The position numbers were made by a program, and so were the translations under genes. A stretch of 64,000 bases of DNA, from assembly GCA_002104905.1 (NCBI GenBank), contig MCFE01000155.1, positions 62,001 to 126,000 of the forward strand, written 5' to 3'. Below, piece by piece: positions 24,601-37,016 of the stretch. Below the pieces are notes generated by a model that made no database searches, was not told the DNA's origin, and was given only the letters and a program-made list of their open reading frames with translations. Each line of letters opens with the position of its first letter. The stretch's first letter is position 1. This stretch comes from Basidiobolus meristosporus CBS 931.73 (lineage: Eukaryota; Fungi; Basidiobolomycota).

Positions 24601-26960
24601 TATGAATTTATACTCAGTATTACACCTATAAATTCATACTTGGTAAGCAAATCAATACATGTTCTTACCAATAAGATAAAGATGATTGCTCAATCAGTAC
24701 CCATATGGAAAATAGAAGCTTGGACTGACAGATACAATGTAGTAATAATACTTCTGGTTATCCTCTTGATAGATATTACAAGTGTCAGTAATCAAATGGA
24801 TTAAAGAATCATGAATATTATTGTATGGCATCATAGCAAGTATACTATCAAAGCTTGAGAATTGCACAAAAGGTCAAACAAGTAAGGTTGGTAGGAGAAC
24901 CACAAGATTTCTTTGAAGTGTGACCAAACTTTTACTTAGCCCAAGAAACTTGGCTAAATCCAATTCAAATGGAAATATGTGTAATGTGAATCCTATTTCA
25001 ACCGTTAGTCGTAAACAACCACCATAGTACATCCTCATCCTCGTCCTTTCAAAAGCAATTCATTCGGCTCATCATAGATGGAACATTCAGGACACAAGCG
25101 ATTATTCTAGTTGGAGTGGACTCCATTGGCTTGTGCTTAAGATTACCTATAAATGATGAAATTTATATTGGAATCCATTTGATTTCTTCGGATAGGCGCT
25201 ATGCAGATGCGTGTACGGTATTACTTTGAGTAACTAAGTTGTAATATCCTCCAGGATCACAACAGCGCATAAACCTTAAGAGCATCAAATTCAAATGCAC
25301 ATTGTAGGCTTCTAAAGACTTTCGGGGATTTACTCTTGTCAAGTTATGCTCAATATGTAACAAGGAAATGCCGGATAAAGGTACATTCAGCCGTATGGAA
25401 TGCACTAGCCTATTTAATATCAGTTCCCTATCTGATACCATCTCTGAGTACAGCACCAATGGAAGCTTCATGATGCAACCACTCTGCTGAACATAACCGT
25501 CTTTCCCACTTATCATTAGCAGGGGAACAGATGTGCCGCTACTCAATAGAATCCTTATGTAATATTCAGTAATGATGTGATTTGTAATATTATGATTAGT
25601 TATCTTAAACCTCAGAAGAATACGGGATTCATTGTTCGCCATTCGTTTCACCGAGTATTTCAAAGTTGTAATATAAAAGTTGGTGTTCAAAATATCGGTA
25701 CCCGCACTTCTAATCAGGAGTATGTTGGGGACAGGACGAGCCCACATTCGACTGGTATGATATTGGGAACTACCTCGAATGGGTAAAGTAGGTGCTTGAA
25801 TATACAGTTTAGCCACATACCGATAGAGTGTCATCGTTAAATGGTATCTTCATTTGGAAGTATCAGGTATTCAGGAATAGATGAGCCAATCTAGCTGCAA
25901 TGCAACTTAAACACTTTGTGGGCGTTTCGATTAAACTAATTGAACAATTAATCTAGATACCAAGACTGGGTTTCCCTCAGCTTGCCACATGTGAAAAGCA
26001 TGAGGCTTGGCGAGAACTTGATTGGCCACTGTTAAACTGTAAGTTGGCATTAGGAAATGGCCATCCTTCGACATGGTAATATGGTTTCTCCTTAGAATAC
26101 AGATTAGAGGACAATCTTTCCTAATCCGACTCAAGTTCTCTTTTGTAATATGGCATATATGAAGCCATACTTCTATTATCCCTTATTTACCTCCATGTAG
26201 TTGGAAGTTCTCGAGCTCAAAAACCCATATTTTCCCCTTCAGATCCCTTTTCGTCCTGGAAACCCAATTTCGATGAATTGATATGCTTTCACTTCAAGGC
26301 GCCGCTCTGGTCGCATTCACTGCGCGATCTCTCACGTCAGAAAGATCAGCCAGTCGGTGGAATGATTCGCGACTAGTATCGCTATGCTACACAATCATGA
26401 CAACTTTTGGGGCAATTGAATTCCACAGTAACACAGATCAAGCATGCATCTGTGTAACAAATACTCAGCCTATTCTACCTCTCACACAGACCAGTTGGCA
26501 TATCGCCGTCTCATGTGCACCCATTCAAATGATCAGCTTGGATTTGGACTTCTATGGATTCAAGCCACCTTTGAGCTTTGAGTTGGCGGCTAACCTTCAT
26601 TTGGGGATGTTCTATAGAGTCCGGAAAGCAGCACCCTGTTTTTCCTGGGGTGTTAAGCTCAGTGGCATGGACACCCGCTAATGAATGACGGATTTGACAG
26701 CAGCCCGTTAAGGGGGCGGCTCTTCTAATAATGATTAGATTGATTGATACTAATATTATAGAAGCGATGCTCCAGATTTTAACAAATGCCATTTTCGTGT
26801 AATTCCTGGTTATATATGCGGTAGCTACGCATCGAGATAGGTAAACCGTATTACTCTGAGCAGGAAGTAAGCCTATATCGAATTTAGTATTGACAAGATC
26901 GGGTACATGAGTCAGCTGTAAAGTAAGGAAATGCACCGCGTATCAGTCCAAACCCAAGAC

Positions 26961-26967
26961 TATAAAG
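26961..26967 (+). promoter_or_regulatory. TATA box of expansin-like copy 1
   Basis: TATAAAG about 100 bp upstream of the ATG at 27067; similarly placed TATA elements precede copies 2 and 3. Confidence 0.55.
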
Positions 26968-27066
26968 AGGCGAGGTTGCCAAGTCAAAAACTCGCACTTT
27001 ACCTTCCTAGTTTTGATAACAGGGTTCTACATTTGCAACAAATTTGAAAATACCAATACTATCATC

Positions 27067-27840
27067 ATGACTGGATTCAAACTTTTCAACACCATGACCC
27101 TCTTGGTTGCTGCCCTGTCTGCTACTCAAGTCTACTCTGCTCCTGTTCAGAACGAAGCTGGCCTTCGTATGACCAAGCGCGCATCATTCACCGGAGATGC
27201 CACCTACTACGATCCTGGACTTGGATCCTGCGAGTTGACCTCCACCGCCAACGAGTTGATCGCCGCCTTGAATGCACCACAGTACGGCAGCTTCCCCCGT
27301 CCGAGCAACAGCCCGGCTTGCTCCAGCTGCGCCATGGTGCAAGGACCAAAGGGTAGCGTTAAGGTGAAGATTGTCGACAAGTGCCCATCCTGCAAGCATG
27401 GAGATCTCGACCTTAGCCCCGCCGCATTCGACAGAATCGCTGATCAGGCTCAAGGTCGCGTCACCATTACTTGGAGCTATGTCTCCTGCGGAGGTGGAAG
27501 CTCCGAGGCTCCCTCCAAGGACACTACTACGGATAAGAACGGTAGTGGATCCAAGGACCAAGAATCGGGAGATAAGAACACCTCTTCTGGCAGCAATCAA
27601 GAATCGGGTAACAAGGAAACTGTAGAGAAGCCCAAGAACGACGCTACTACTGGTAGTACCAATAGCAGCAGCAGCTCGGGATCATCCTCTGGAAGCTGCA
27701 ATTTCCACAGAAGATGTGTCAGTGCTGGACAAACCCCAGAATTCGAAACCTGCGTTCATAATCACATTAGAAAGCAAACATGCGCCAATGGCACCGTATG
27801 CAAGTCTAGTGGTGATGACATTATCTGCACATGGGCATAA
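27067..27840 (+). CDS. Secreted expansin-like protein 1 (RlpA/DPBB domain, S/T/G linker, 6-Cys CBM19-like domain), 257 aa, intronless
   Basis: Signal peptide and KR site; GDATYYDPGLGSC...VKIVDKCPSC...DLDLSPAAF DPBB motifs; C-terminal Cx5Cx11Cx9Cx2GTxCx8C-TW. Confidence 0.9.
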   Translation: MTGFKLFNTMTLLVAALSATQVYSAPVQNEAGLRMTKRASFTGDATYYDPGLGSCELTSTANELIAALNAPQYGSFPRPSNSPACSSCAMVQGPKGSVKVKIVDKCPSCKHGDLDLSPAAFDRIADQAQGRVTITWSYVSCGGGSSEAPSKDTTTDKNGSGSKDQESGDKNTSSGSNQESGNKETVEKPKNDATTGSTNSSSSSGSSSGSCNFHRRCVSAGQTPEFETCVHNHIRKQTCANGTVCKSSGDDIICTWA

Positions 27841-28906
27841 GAAAAGGTGTTTCGCTAGCAGGTCTAGGTTTACACCAGAATTTCGATCCCTGTTCAATAT
27901 TCCGATAGTGAATGAACAACAAATTCCACAGTGCAAACTATTCTTATCATTATTCATATCCCAGCTGTCAATAAAAATCACTACAAACCACACATTCCTA
28001 ATTTCGTATTACCGATACCAGATGTCACATCCTAGAAATCCCCGACATTTCCAGCACTGCATGAATCCTTATGGTTCAGTCTGGGGATACCGAGGATGGA
28101 TATATAAATAAAATCTGCTCGATCTGTTGGGTATCTGGCCAGTGAAGCCTATCGTGGAGTTCTGGAATACTTTTCTGAGGTCACCCATTAGTTATAAGGA
28201 GAGATTCTGGATCGGGTGCCTGGCTGAATTCTCACAACAATTTATACGGTATATCTGACCCCGAAATGTTGAAGTACATACCAAACTGGAATATATATTA
28301 TAGATCATCAAAGTATATATGAAATAGAGTGTCTTAGAATCTTAAATACATAGGTCGTGGAGGACTTTCGATCACAGTCACTTCCATTGTTTACCTATGA
28401 TTGCGAATATATTAGGCAAAAAACGATAATTGGGCCAATGATTTTCGAAAGGATTTCATTTTTCATGAAATGACGAAATAGTACACATAAACACCTAATG
28501 TGGCCTAAATCGTTTTCGGTTCATTTGGCTATAAGGAAGCTGCAGCAATATTCCATGCATTCTCTCACAGCATTTCTTAGCTGCATCGATTTGGGCTGAA
28601 TTCAGTGAGATGTATGAAAAGAGTGGTCTATTTGAACTCATTTAGAAATCTTTTGGAATCCTGTACATATCCAACATCTATGCCGAAGGCGAGAATAGAT
28701 TCAGAGCTTGATGTTCATTCTGGTGCAATCAAGTCAAAACTTCAGCAGAAATTCTGCTCGACGAATCCCTAATGTATCCTCTTAAGAGAATGCCTTATTC
28801 CGGATAGTGTATTCCAGGTAGGGTTCGGGTTTAGTTGAGCATCCAAATAGAGAGCAAGTGAGCTGGGTACCTTCTCAGTTTACTAAAAGCTTCAACAACG
28901 AAAAGG

Positions 28907-28914
28907 TATATAGA
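28907..28914 (+). promoter_or_regulatory. TATA box of expansin-like copy 2
   Basis: TATATAGA about 100 bp upstream of the ATG at 29013. Confidence 0.5.
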
Positions 28915-29012
28915 GACAGACGTTGGCAGTATTCAACTCACACTTCGCCTTCCTAGTTTTGATAACAGGATCCTCTATTCGCAACAAATTTGAAAATACC
29001 AATACTATCATC

Positions 29013-29786
29013 ATGACTGGATTCAAACTTTTCAACACCATGACCCTCTTGGTTGCTGCCCTGTCTGCTACTCAAGTCTACTCTGCTCCTGTTCAGAACG
29101 AAGCTGGCCTTCGTATGACCAAGCGCGCATCATTCACCGGAGATGCCACCTACTACGATCCTGGACTTGGATCCTGCGAGTTGACCTCCACCGCCAACGA
29201 GTTGATCGCCGCCTTGAATGCACCACAGTACGGCAGCTTCCCCCGTCCGAGCAACAGCCCGGCTTGCTCCAGCTGCGCCATGGTGCAAGGGCCAAAGGGT
29301 AGCGTTAAGGTGAAGATTGTCGACAAGTGCCCATCCTGCAAGCATGGAGATCTCGACCTTAGCCCCGCCGCATTCGACAGAATCGCTGATCAGGCTCAAG
29401 GTCGCGTCACCATTACTTGGAGCTATGTCTCCTGCGGAGGTGGAAGCTCCGAGGCTCCCTCCAAGGACACTACTACGGATAAGAACGATAGTGGATCCAA
29501 GGACCAAGAATCGGGAGATAAGAACACCTCTTCTGGCAGCAATCAAGAATCGGGTAACAAGGAAACTGTAGAGAAGCCCAAGAACGACGCTACTACTGGT
29601 AGTACCAATAGCAGCAGCAGCTCGGGATCATCCTCTGGAAGCTGCAATTTCCACAGAAGATGTGTCAGTGCTGGACAAACCCCAGAATTCGAGACTTGCG
29701 TTCATGGCAGCGTCAAAAAGCAAACATGTGCCCGTGGCACCGTATGTAAAGCAAGTGACTCAGATATTATCTGTACCTGGGCTTAG
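29013..29786 (+). CDS. Secreted expansin-like protein 2 (paralog of copy 1, same length)
   Basis: Offset by exactly 1946 bp from copy 1; near-identical except for the last ~31 codons. Confidence 0.9.
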   Translation: MTGFKLFNTMTLLVAALSATQVYSAPVQNEAGLRMTKRASFTGDATYYDPGLGSCELTSTANELIAALNAPQYGSFPRPSNSPACSSCAMVQGPKGSVKVKIVDKCPSCKHGDLDLSPAAFDRIADQAQGRVTITWSYVSCGGGSSEAPSKDTTTDKNDSGSKDQESGDKNTSSGSNQESGNKETVEKPKNDATTGSTNSSSSSGSSSGSCNFHRRCVSAGQTPEFETCVHGSVKKQTCARGTVCKASDSDIICTWA

Positions 29787-31233
29787 ACTACCATTTGTTT
29801 ATCACATAAATAAACACGAGTCTTAACCATAAGATTAAATGAAATATCTCCTTATCGCACACCGTGACAACAAGATGACGGACGGCTTGAACTGAAACAG
29901 ATACTAGAGTAAAGATCTTGGGAGTGGATGCTAGCTATTAATCTCATTGGATTTGGTGTTTCCCTCCCAAGCTTAATGAATTTCCAGATCACCGAGGCGA
30001 GCAAGGCGTCTGGATGGCGGTTTAGTTGAAACCATTAAAACGAAGGTTTTGGGACTTTACGTAGGTGCATCTCACAGTTAATTATTATCACTGTATCAGA
30101 TTTAAGACCTTAAATCGAAATCTGGAATTACTTTAGAACACCAAGTAACAGATAAGTATATGCATTTTCAAACCAATCTATGCTTGATTGCAAACTCCTA
30201 TTATGGCCGGTGATCGATGAGGTCTTCAGGACCACTATAAACTGCCATCAATATGTGATTATATTTTGTTCTTGATGACTGCGCTCACGTTTGTAAGCAT
30301 GATACCAAACAAAACTATATTTCAGTTACGTAGCTAGGAAAATTCATTTCAAGATCCGATTTTGTGCAACCTCAAGTTATCAATTCATCAAGGTTAGCAT
30401 AGCTCGACTTCACTGATAAAGCAAATAGAATATGGCGCATTATAGAAATTTATCAGCATTTTGTTATCAATGACTCACAAAGGAAACTGGAGCCATTCCA
30501 TGCATACTACTGGCCAGAAATCACCCACTTTCTGATGCCTCTTCGGAGTATCTACTTGATTTCCACAGCAGGATTGGCAATCGTGGCTTAAAATGCTTTC
30601 ACTGGACTCAAACCAATCAAAAATCAAGGTCAGACACTCAATTTTATTTAGCTATTAATGATTTTACCTATCTCTTGATTAATAGTGTTTAAGTTTCAGG
30701 CCGAGATCGTCACTGCTTTTTCCAAAAGCGAGAGGAACCATTACCATTCAAGCCCATTGCTTGTTATCGGTGTAATCTTCAGAACTCCCTAATGCACCCA
30801 CCACCCCAATGCCAGCTTGCAAATAGGGTGGAATGTGGTTTACCAAAAAGCGTGCATGCATGAGGATGCATGAGTCTACTCGCTACCATTACGATACTGG
30901 ATACCAAATTGGCGGCCTAGTGCTGCGTATAGGAGGGGGAGAGCTTTGCTCGTTCCGGTTGCATATCATTATTGAATAAAAAATCATTTAATTCGACTTC
31001 TGGATAAACCTGATGATGCGAATTTAATATACATTTTTCATCAATGATAACATCGTCAATTGTGATCAAAGAGCATGAGTGTCAAAGAGTGTATGAGAAT
31101 GGCATAGTCCCTTGTGCTCCCAAAATTCGTATGCTGTGCGAATGTAACCGGGGAAACAGCTAGTTTACTGGCGAAGTTAACTGGGAACTTCTATTTTCAT
31201 GATTGTCAGTTGCCGTAGCATCGTTCCGTTCGA

Positions 31234-31240
31234 TATAAAA
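31234..31240 (+). promoter_or_regulatory. TATA box of expansin-like copy 3
   Basis: TATAAAA about 95 bp upstream of the ATG at 31333. Confidence 0.55.
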
Positions 31241-31332
31241 GACCGCGCAACCGCCTTCTCTCAGTATTGTTCACTCACAATTCGAAGAGTACTGGCTACT
31301 TGCATTGATATACCCAAGAAATTATTTCAAAA

Positions 31333-32082
31333 ATGTTCAATTTCAAAATATCCGTTGCCTCCATTGCTATTGTCGCTCTTTCGGCTCTCCAGATGATTGA
31401 AACTGCCCCAGTCAACGTGCGGTCTGGTACTTCAATTTACAAGCGTGATGGATTCTCTGGAGAAGGTACTTACTATGACCCTGGCCTTGGATCTTGTGAA
31501 GTGACTTCCAGCCCAAATGAACTGATAGCCGCATTGAATGTTGCTCAATTTGGTTCTTATGCTCGCCCTAGTAACAGTCCAGCGTGCTCCAGCTGTGCTT
31601 TGGTACATGGACCACTAGGAAGCGTCCAAGTCAAGATTGTCGATATGTGTCCCGGCTGCAAGCATGGTGATCTTGATTTGAGCCCAGCTGCTTTCAATCG
31701 GATCGCTAAGCAAGCGGATGGACGTGTTCAAATTTCCTGGGAATATGTCAGTTGCGGTGGAGGTTCCCAACCCGAGAAACCTACCAAATCAGTAGCTGCC
31801 CCCAAGGAAACAGAAACCCAGGACCCCGCCCCCTCAACAAAACCCAAACCCACCAAAGATGTGAAACCCGTTGTCTCCCCAACCCCCACCAACAAGCCTG
31901 TCATCTCCAGTATTCCAAAGTCTGGTTCCGGAGCATGCACCTTCTCTGGTAGACGTTGCACTAATCCTGGACAATCCGCTGAATTTGAGGGCTGTCTTCA
32001 CGGTCGGCTGTACAAGCAGAGCTGCTCACATGGAACTGTTTGCAAAGGTGACTCGGGTGACATCGTTTGTACATGGGCCTGA
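31333..32082 (+). CDS. Secreted expansin-like protein 3 (DPBB, P/T/K linker, CBM19-like domain), 249 aa
   Basis: Same architecture and Cys spacing; diverged signal peptide and linker; ends ...GTVCKGDSGDIVCTWA. Confidence 0.9.
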   Translation: MFNFKISVASIAIVALSALQMIETAPVNVRSGTSIYKRDGFSGEGTYYDPGLGSCEVTSSPNELIAALNVAQFGSYARPSNSPACSSCALVHGPLGSVQVKIVDMCPGCKHGDLDLSPAAFNRIAKQADGRVQISWEYVSCGGGSQPEKPTKSVAAPKETETQDPAPSTKPKPTKDVKPVVSPTPTNKPVISSIPKSGSGACTFSGRRCTNPGQSAEFEGCLHGRLYKQSCSHGTVCKGDSGDIVCTWA

Positions 32083-32341
32083 GGCAATCATTTAAGTCCC
32101 CTTTACTTCCACCACGGAAATAGTTGAAAATCTTGAATGGAAAGTTGATATATCTGGCAAAGTCGACCTCCAAAGCAACATCCAATTCGGTTTTCAACAT
32201 GGTTTGGAAGTTTCGTTTATTATATGTTCAGAAACGTAAATACTATAGTAAATATACAGTAAATAAATGATTTGACCTCAAATTTCATGTAAATTCAATT
32301 TCAGCCGGAGCTAGAAAATGACAATTCGGATTCACATTGAT

Positions 32342-32823
32342 TTAGCTTGTCGCAGGTGCAGAGGCTGTCAAGTTGGCCACTGTCAGCGTGAGATTGGCTT
32401 CTCTCATGGTGTAGCTGCGCTCTCTGCCATTGAAATAAGACGCGTTTGAGAACGCATTCAATGTGTAATTCCCCTCCTCGAGGTCGTAACGCACCGGCCA
32501 AGTGAAACTTTCCCGCCATTCTCCTTGCACGTTTACTTGAGGATAGTGGACTGACCAGACGACGCTTTGCTCCTTATTCACAAGCTGAACATTCAGAGCC
32601 TCGATTGCTGCCAGATCGGCGCGCTTTACAGCTATGTTGACCGCTAGCTGTTGGCCAGGACTGATTGTACTGTTTGCACCAGGTGAGGTGATGATTATGT
32701 AATCTTTGAATTGGTCAGTATTAAAGGATAAGGATGATGTAACCAGAAATTACCAGCATAGATCACTTTACTAAGCGTCAGGATAACAGAGAGGATAAAC
32801 AGCACCGACTGGATCCACGCCAT
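32342..32823 (-). CDS. Small secreted beta-sandwich protein (Kre9/Knh1 N-terminal-like), 2 exons
   Basis: ATG at 32823, signal peptide MAWIQSVLFILSVILTLSKVIYA, 50-nt intron 32704-32753 (GTAATT...TACTGAC...AAG). Continues DYIIITSPGANSTISPGQ...FTWPVRYDLEEGNYTL; family assignment is by motif resemblance. Confidence 0.75.
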
Positions 32824-35800
32824 GATAATGTTGCTACGATAGCTATACAACGCCAGAGGGAAATGGAGGGTATTTATGATGGCAAGGAACTCCTACAAAA
32901 GTGAAGCCATTTGTTTTTGACGTTGTTGCTTCTTGGTTTTGAAAGTGGTGATCTGTCGAAGCTTAACCAAGCGGCTACCTGATTAAGTAACCCGCAGTCT
33001 TTATAAATAACAAACCATAAGCTACCCCTCCAAACAAATCATTCTGCTTAGTAGGACTCCGCATATCTCTTCGAATCCGGGTGTAAACCGTGCAGGGCAT
33101 TTCGTATTTTTAGGACCAAGCGAGGTGCGGAGATCACAGAAATATTCCGAGAGTTGCACATAGGCAGGCTCAATCATCGGATACAACCTACCTGACAACA
33201 TTCCACACTCTTCGTCAGGATCCAACGCCATTTGCCAGTGTGGTTAGCAGGTGAACAATGAGTCAACTTGTCATCATTCATCCCACTTCCTGCTAATCAG
33301 CATCCCGAAACCCAACTTGATGTTGTGATTTGTACATCAGTGTTGTTGGCGTGAGATAATCAGGCGCACTAGCAGTTGAATCAGAACTGAATGGCATTGG
33401 TATTGACGTAAGGTTTGGGTGGATGGTGATGATCGCTCAGAACCCACAAATTTGATATTCCTTATTTGCTCAAGGAAAGGCAATGCTTGCTTGTGGATAC
33501 TGTTTCAGCCAAACCCACCGGCGGCAACGGTTTGATAATAGCCAACCCCAAACTTGACAAACACCATATCAAGATGGCCATCAAGGGCGGGCTCTGGATA
33601 AGTCTGCAATAGAAATGTAAGCCATTCACACCGGAGATGATACAGACCTGATCTAAGCCAAACTCAATTCTAGGGTATCTATTCCTGGATAATGAGCTAC
33701 AGAAAGGAAACTTCGAATTCGTATTTTTGAGAACCGCGTCACTCGGGAACCGATGCTGTGATGAATAAAAGTGGCAGGTAACGCATAAAACCACCGAGAT
33801 CCATTCTGGTCCAACCCTATCCCAGCGCGCAGAGGATGCAGGGTTTACCCCATTTTCACATGAACTCATTGCATCACTGGATCTTTTGATTTTGAAATCG
33901 GGAAACTCGACATCCACACTTGGTGCTCCGTAGCTTCCACTCAGCGTGTCTATTTTTGACTTTCCTGCAAAAGGGATGTACTGGTTGTCAGGTTTAGCTC
34001 TCCAAAAAGATATTCGATAGCAATACCATATTAGTGAAGGTCCCATTCTTTCACCCATACGTGTCGTCTTTCCAGGGCCGAGACATGTAGTGCAAGGATG
34101 AAACAATGGTTCAAGTCTTCAAGGTTAAGTCTGGAAGAGAGTTGTCGTTTAGGTGGGCATTTGGGTAGAGGACTTCAAGTTGCATGCTAATTTGGATTAT
34201 TCTCTGCCTATCGGTTTGCGTTACTTTTCAGCACTGTTGAGATTGATTTGTGTGCATGGAAAGCTTGAAGACTTTCTCGTGTCCTTCTGGATCTTTACCT
34301 TTACATATCAAGGAAGTGTACATCTATGGCATTTGTTGGTATCTATGCATGGCTTACACGAAACTCGGGATACATTTGGTATACCTTGCAATACGGCTAC
34401 TGGGATATTTCGATTGGTCAGCAGACCAACTTTTCGGTATGCATAACAGAGGTTATATAAATCACAGAATGCAAGCTATTCATCTCTATTACCATGCATA
34501 TAGTTCATTACTCTATACAACCATTGGACCCCACTCAATATTATACATGAAAACATTCACAATTCAACTCAACTACCTAGCTTTCTGATCACATGAGTAA
34601 AAAATACATCTTGAAATGCCCTATATCTCCTTGACTGGCAAAAATTGCTATTATATGCATCCTGATTTCATGGCAATTGACTGGAAATACACAGGTTTTG
34701 GTAGCCTTCATAGTTGGGTAAGTAGTAAAAAACACCGATATGCTCGAAGCGGCCCTCTTACAACCTTTGACAAACTTCTTCCAATGGCTTTTGTCAGAAG
34801 CATAAAATATTATTTCACGACGAACTTTCACCTAAATACGCCAAATCGCCTCTGTGTTTCATCGCACCAAAATGTGCCTTGGGATTTCAGCTACCTACTG
34901 TCAGAGGCCTCAGAGAATCGATTCACCTTCAGCTTTAGGCCTGCAGGTCTATTTAGGTTGCCTCCGAAGCAAATCGAAGAAGACTGCAGGTCCCTTGGAT
35001 ATTTCACCTAAAATTTTACAAAGGTGCCTATGACGTGGTATGAGTTCTATATAAGCCCATTGGGGAGAATATGGTGCGGAGCTTCTACTTCAGAGGCCTC
35101 TTCAGTAAAATTTCAGCTTCACTATCTTTTTAGTGTTACTACCATTCTGAAGAATTATTGACTGGCAAGATATGCTCTGATGAGGCAGAAATATTTAGAT
35201 GCAAAACTAGATATATGGTACGGTTTTTCTGCACCTTGTACTTGAGCATCTAGAATAACTAAACTTTATATGGAATTGATGATAACGGGTGTATGTCCTT
35301 TTTGTAGAGCTTCGCATCGTAATGACCGGCACATATCATGAATAGATATCCGCCAATTGCAACCTTTATCTTTTCAATACTCTCACCACTAGGAGGATAT
35401 GATAGAAGTGCTTGTAAAATACTTCACACTTTACCAATGTTTACAAAATGAACTTGGAGTTCGAAATCATGATATATTAATGATTATGTACAACACTTTA
35501 AAATGCAAAATCGCATATTCTGTTGACATTTACAATTATTTGGTTCCAATGTTCGTTAGATGCCACTGTCGGAAACTCACTCTTAAACGTATTTGTAAAA
35601 ACTGGACGACCTCGAATTTTGACACTACCCTTCCAAAAACCTCCACAAATATATAGATTCAAGTCAGACAAACCATGCCAATCTAGATATATTGGTCTTT
35701 AAGACTATCCTCACGATTTTAAAGAATTCTTGACCAAGAGTATTTTCAGTGATATAGTTGAAAATCGAGTCTTCAAAGCTCCACAACGTGGTAATATTGT

Positions 35801-37016
35801 TTTTCCATCAAGCTGCCTGGGTCCTTGTCAATGAGCTTAATTATCTACTGACCAAATTCTTGAACTTACATGGAATATCTGCTCGAAAATGTAAAGCACA
35901 ATGAACATGATTTCTTCGATGTTATCTGTAGTATCTCAACCTGGCACTTACGTTTTGGAGCCTTCCTAGATACATACTCTACGCATTTGGTCTTCCAAGA
36001 CCTTGTGGAAGTATGAATATGCCTTTTACATTAAATGAATCATTCAGTGAGAGCCAAACAATATATTGATCCTCAGTAATTTTTGATTGACACCACTAGA
36101 ATACCCTATGGAAATCAGTAGAAATCTAATTTGGATTAATTCAGTGTTGGGAATTAGGGACCATGTCCAAGGAGTACATACACTACATCAGCTGTCATAT
36201 GTGCTGTCGAAGTTTTGCAGATAGTGGCTGTATTTGGGAGAACCAGTAGACTTTATGGCTTTCACTCAATGATTTATTGAATGTAAAAGTGGTATTTATA
36301 CTTTTACAAGGTCTTGGCAAAACAAACACATAAAATATATCCAGGAAGGCCCCAAGGACATGTGGACAAAGTATAGAGGCTTTTGGGCAGCTCTGAACAT
36401 TCGCATGTTCTAGATGTCTGGTATTTTAGTATTCTAAGCCCCAACAAAGAGTTTAGACAAGAGATACTCAAGTTTATAAGCTGTGATCTGACTAAGTTGG
36501 TGGAATGTTTAGGTGTAATTACAAAATTTATAACCACTTTGAGATTTCCCATGCTCAAGGTATTGTAGATTTCATATGTACACCTATATACTCCATGGTA
36601 AATTACAGAGCCAAGCTTCCAGCTTCCTGGGAAGTTGCGAATAGTATGTAGTTGCTCCATCATAAGATCTTATAGAAAAGGTATAAATACTCTCGCAAAA
36701 TCCAATTTTAAAATATCTGATTGGGATAACAGTGTATATGGCTACTGGACCAAAGCCCAATCAATTCTATTGCCTTTCTGCATCTTATAAAAACCAATCA
36801 TGTAGCATGTCTCTTTCACACAACTGTAAGTAAATAGCGAAACTTCATTCAAGTGCCGACAGGAGCCACGAATAGTTCAAGATCTGCTCACTATACTTTG
36901 GAACACAAGTCAACAATGAAGTGCGTTTCTACCGGCTCATCGAAAAGTATTCGCATCTAGTGCCGGTTTCAAATATCCGGTAGGGTAATGATTTATTTGA
37001 CAATGGCATCTGATGT

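Noticed and set aside
27184-29546. Paired 138-aa minus-strand ORFs
   Set aside because: Antisense shadows of the GC-rich expansin coding sequences.
33022-34106. 214-aa minus-strand ORF and protein-like plus-strand fragments
   Set aside because: No recognisable domain and several stops on the + strand; a pseudogene is possible but cannot be supported.
35100-36800. AT-rich segment with protein-like fragments on the - strand
   Set aside because: Many stops, and no family motif, terminal repeat or TSD that I could identify.
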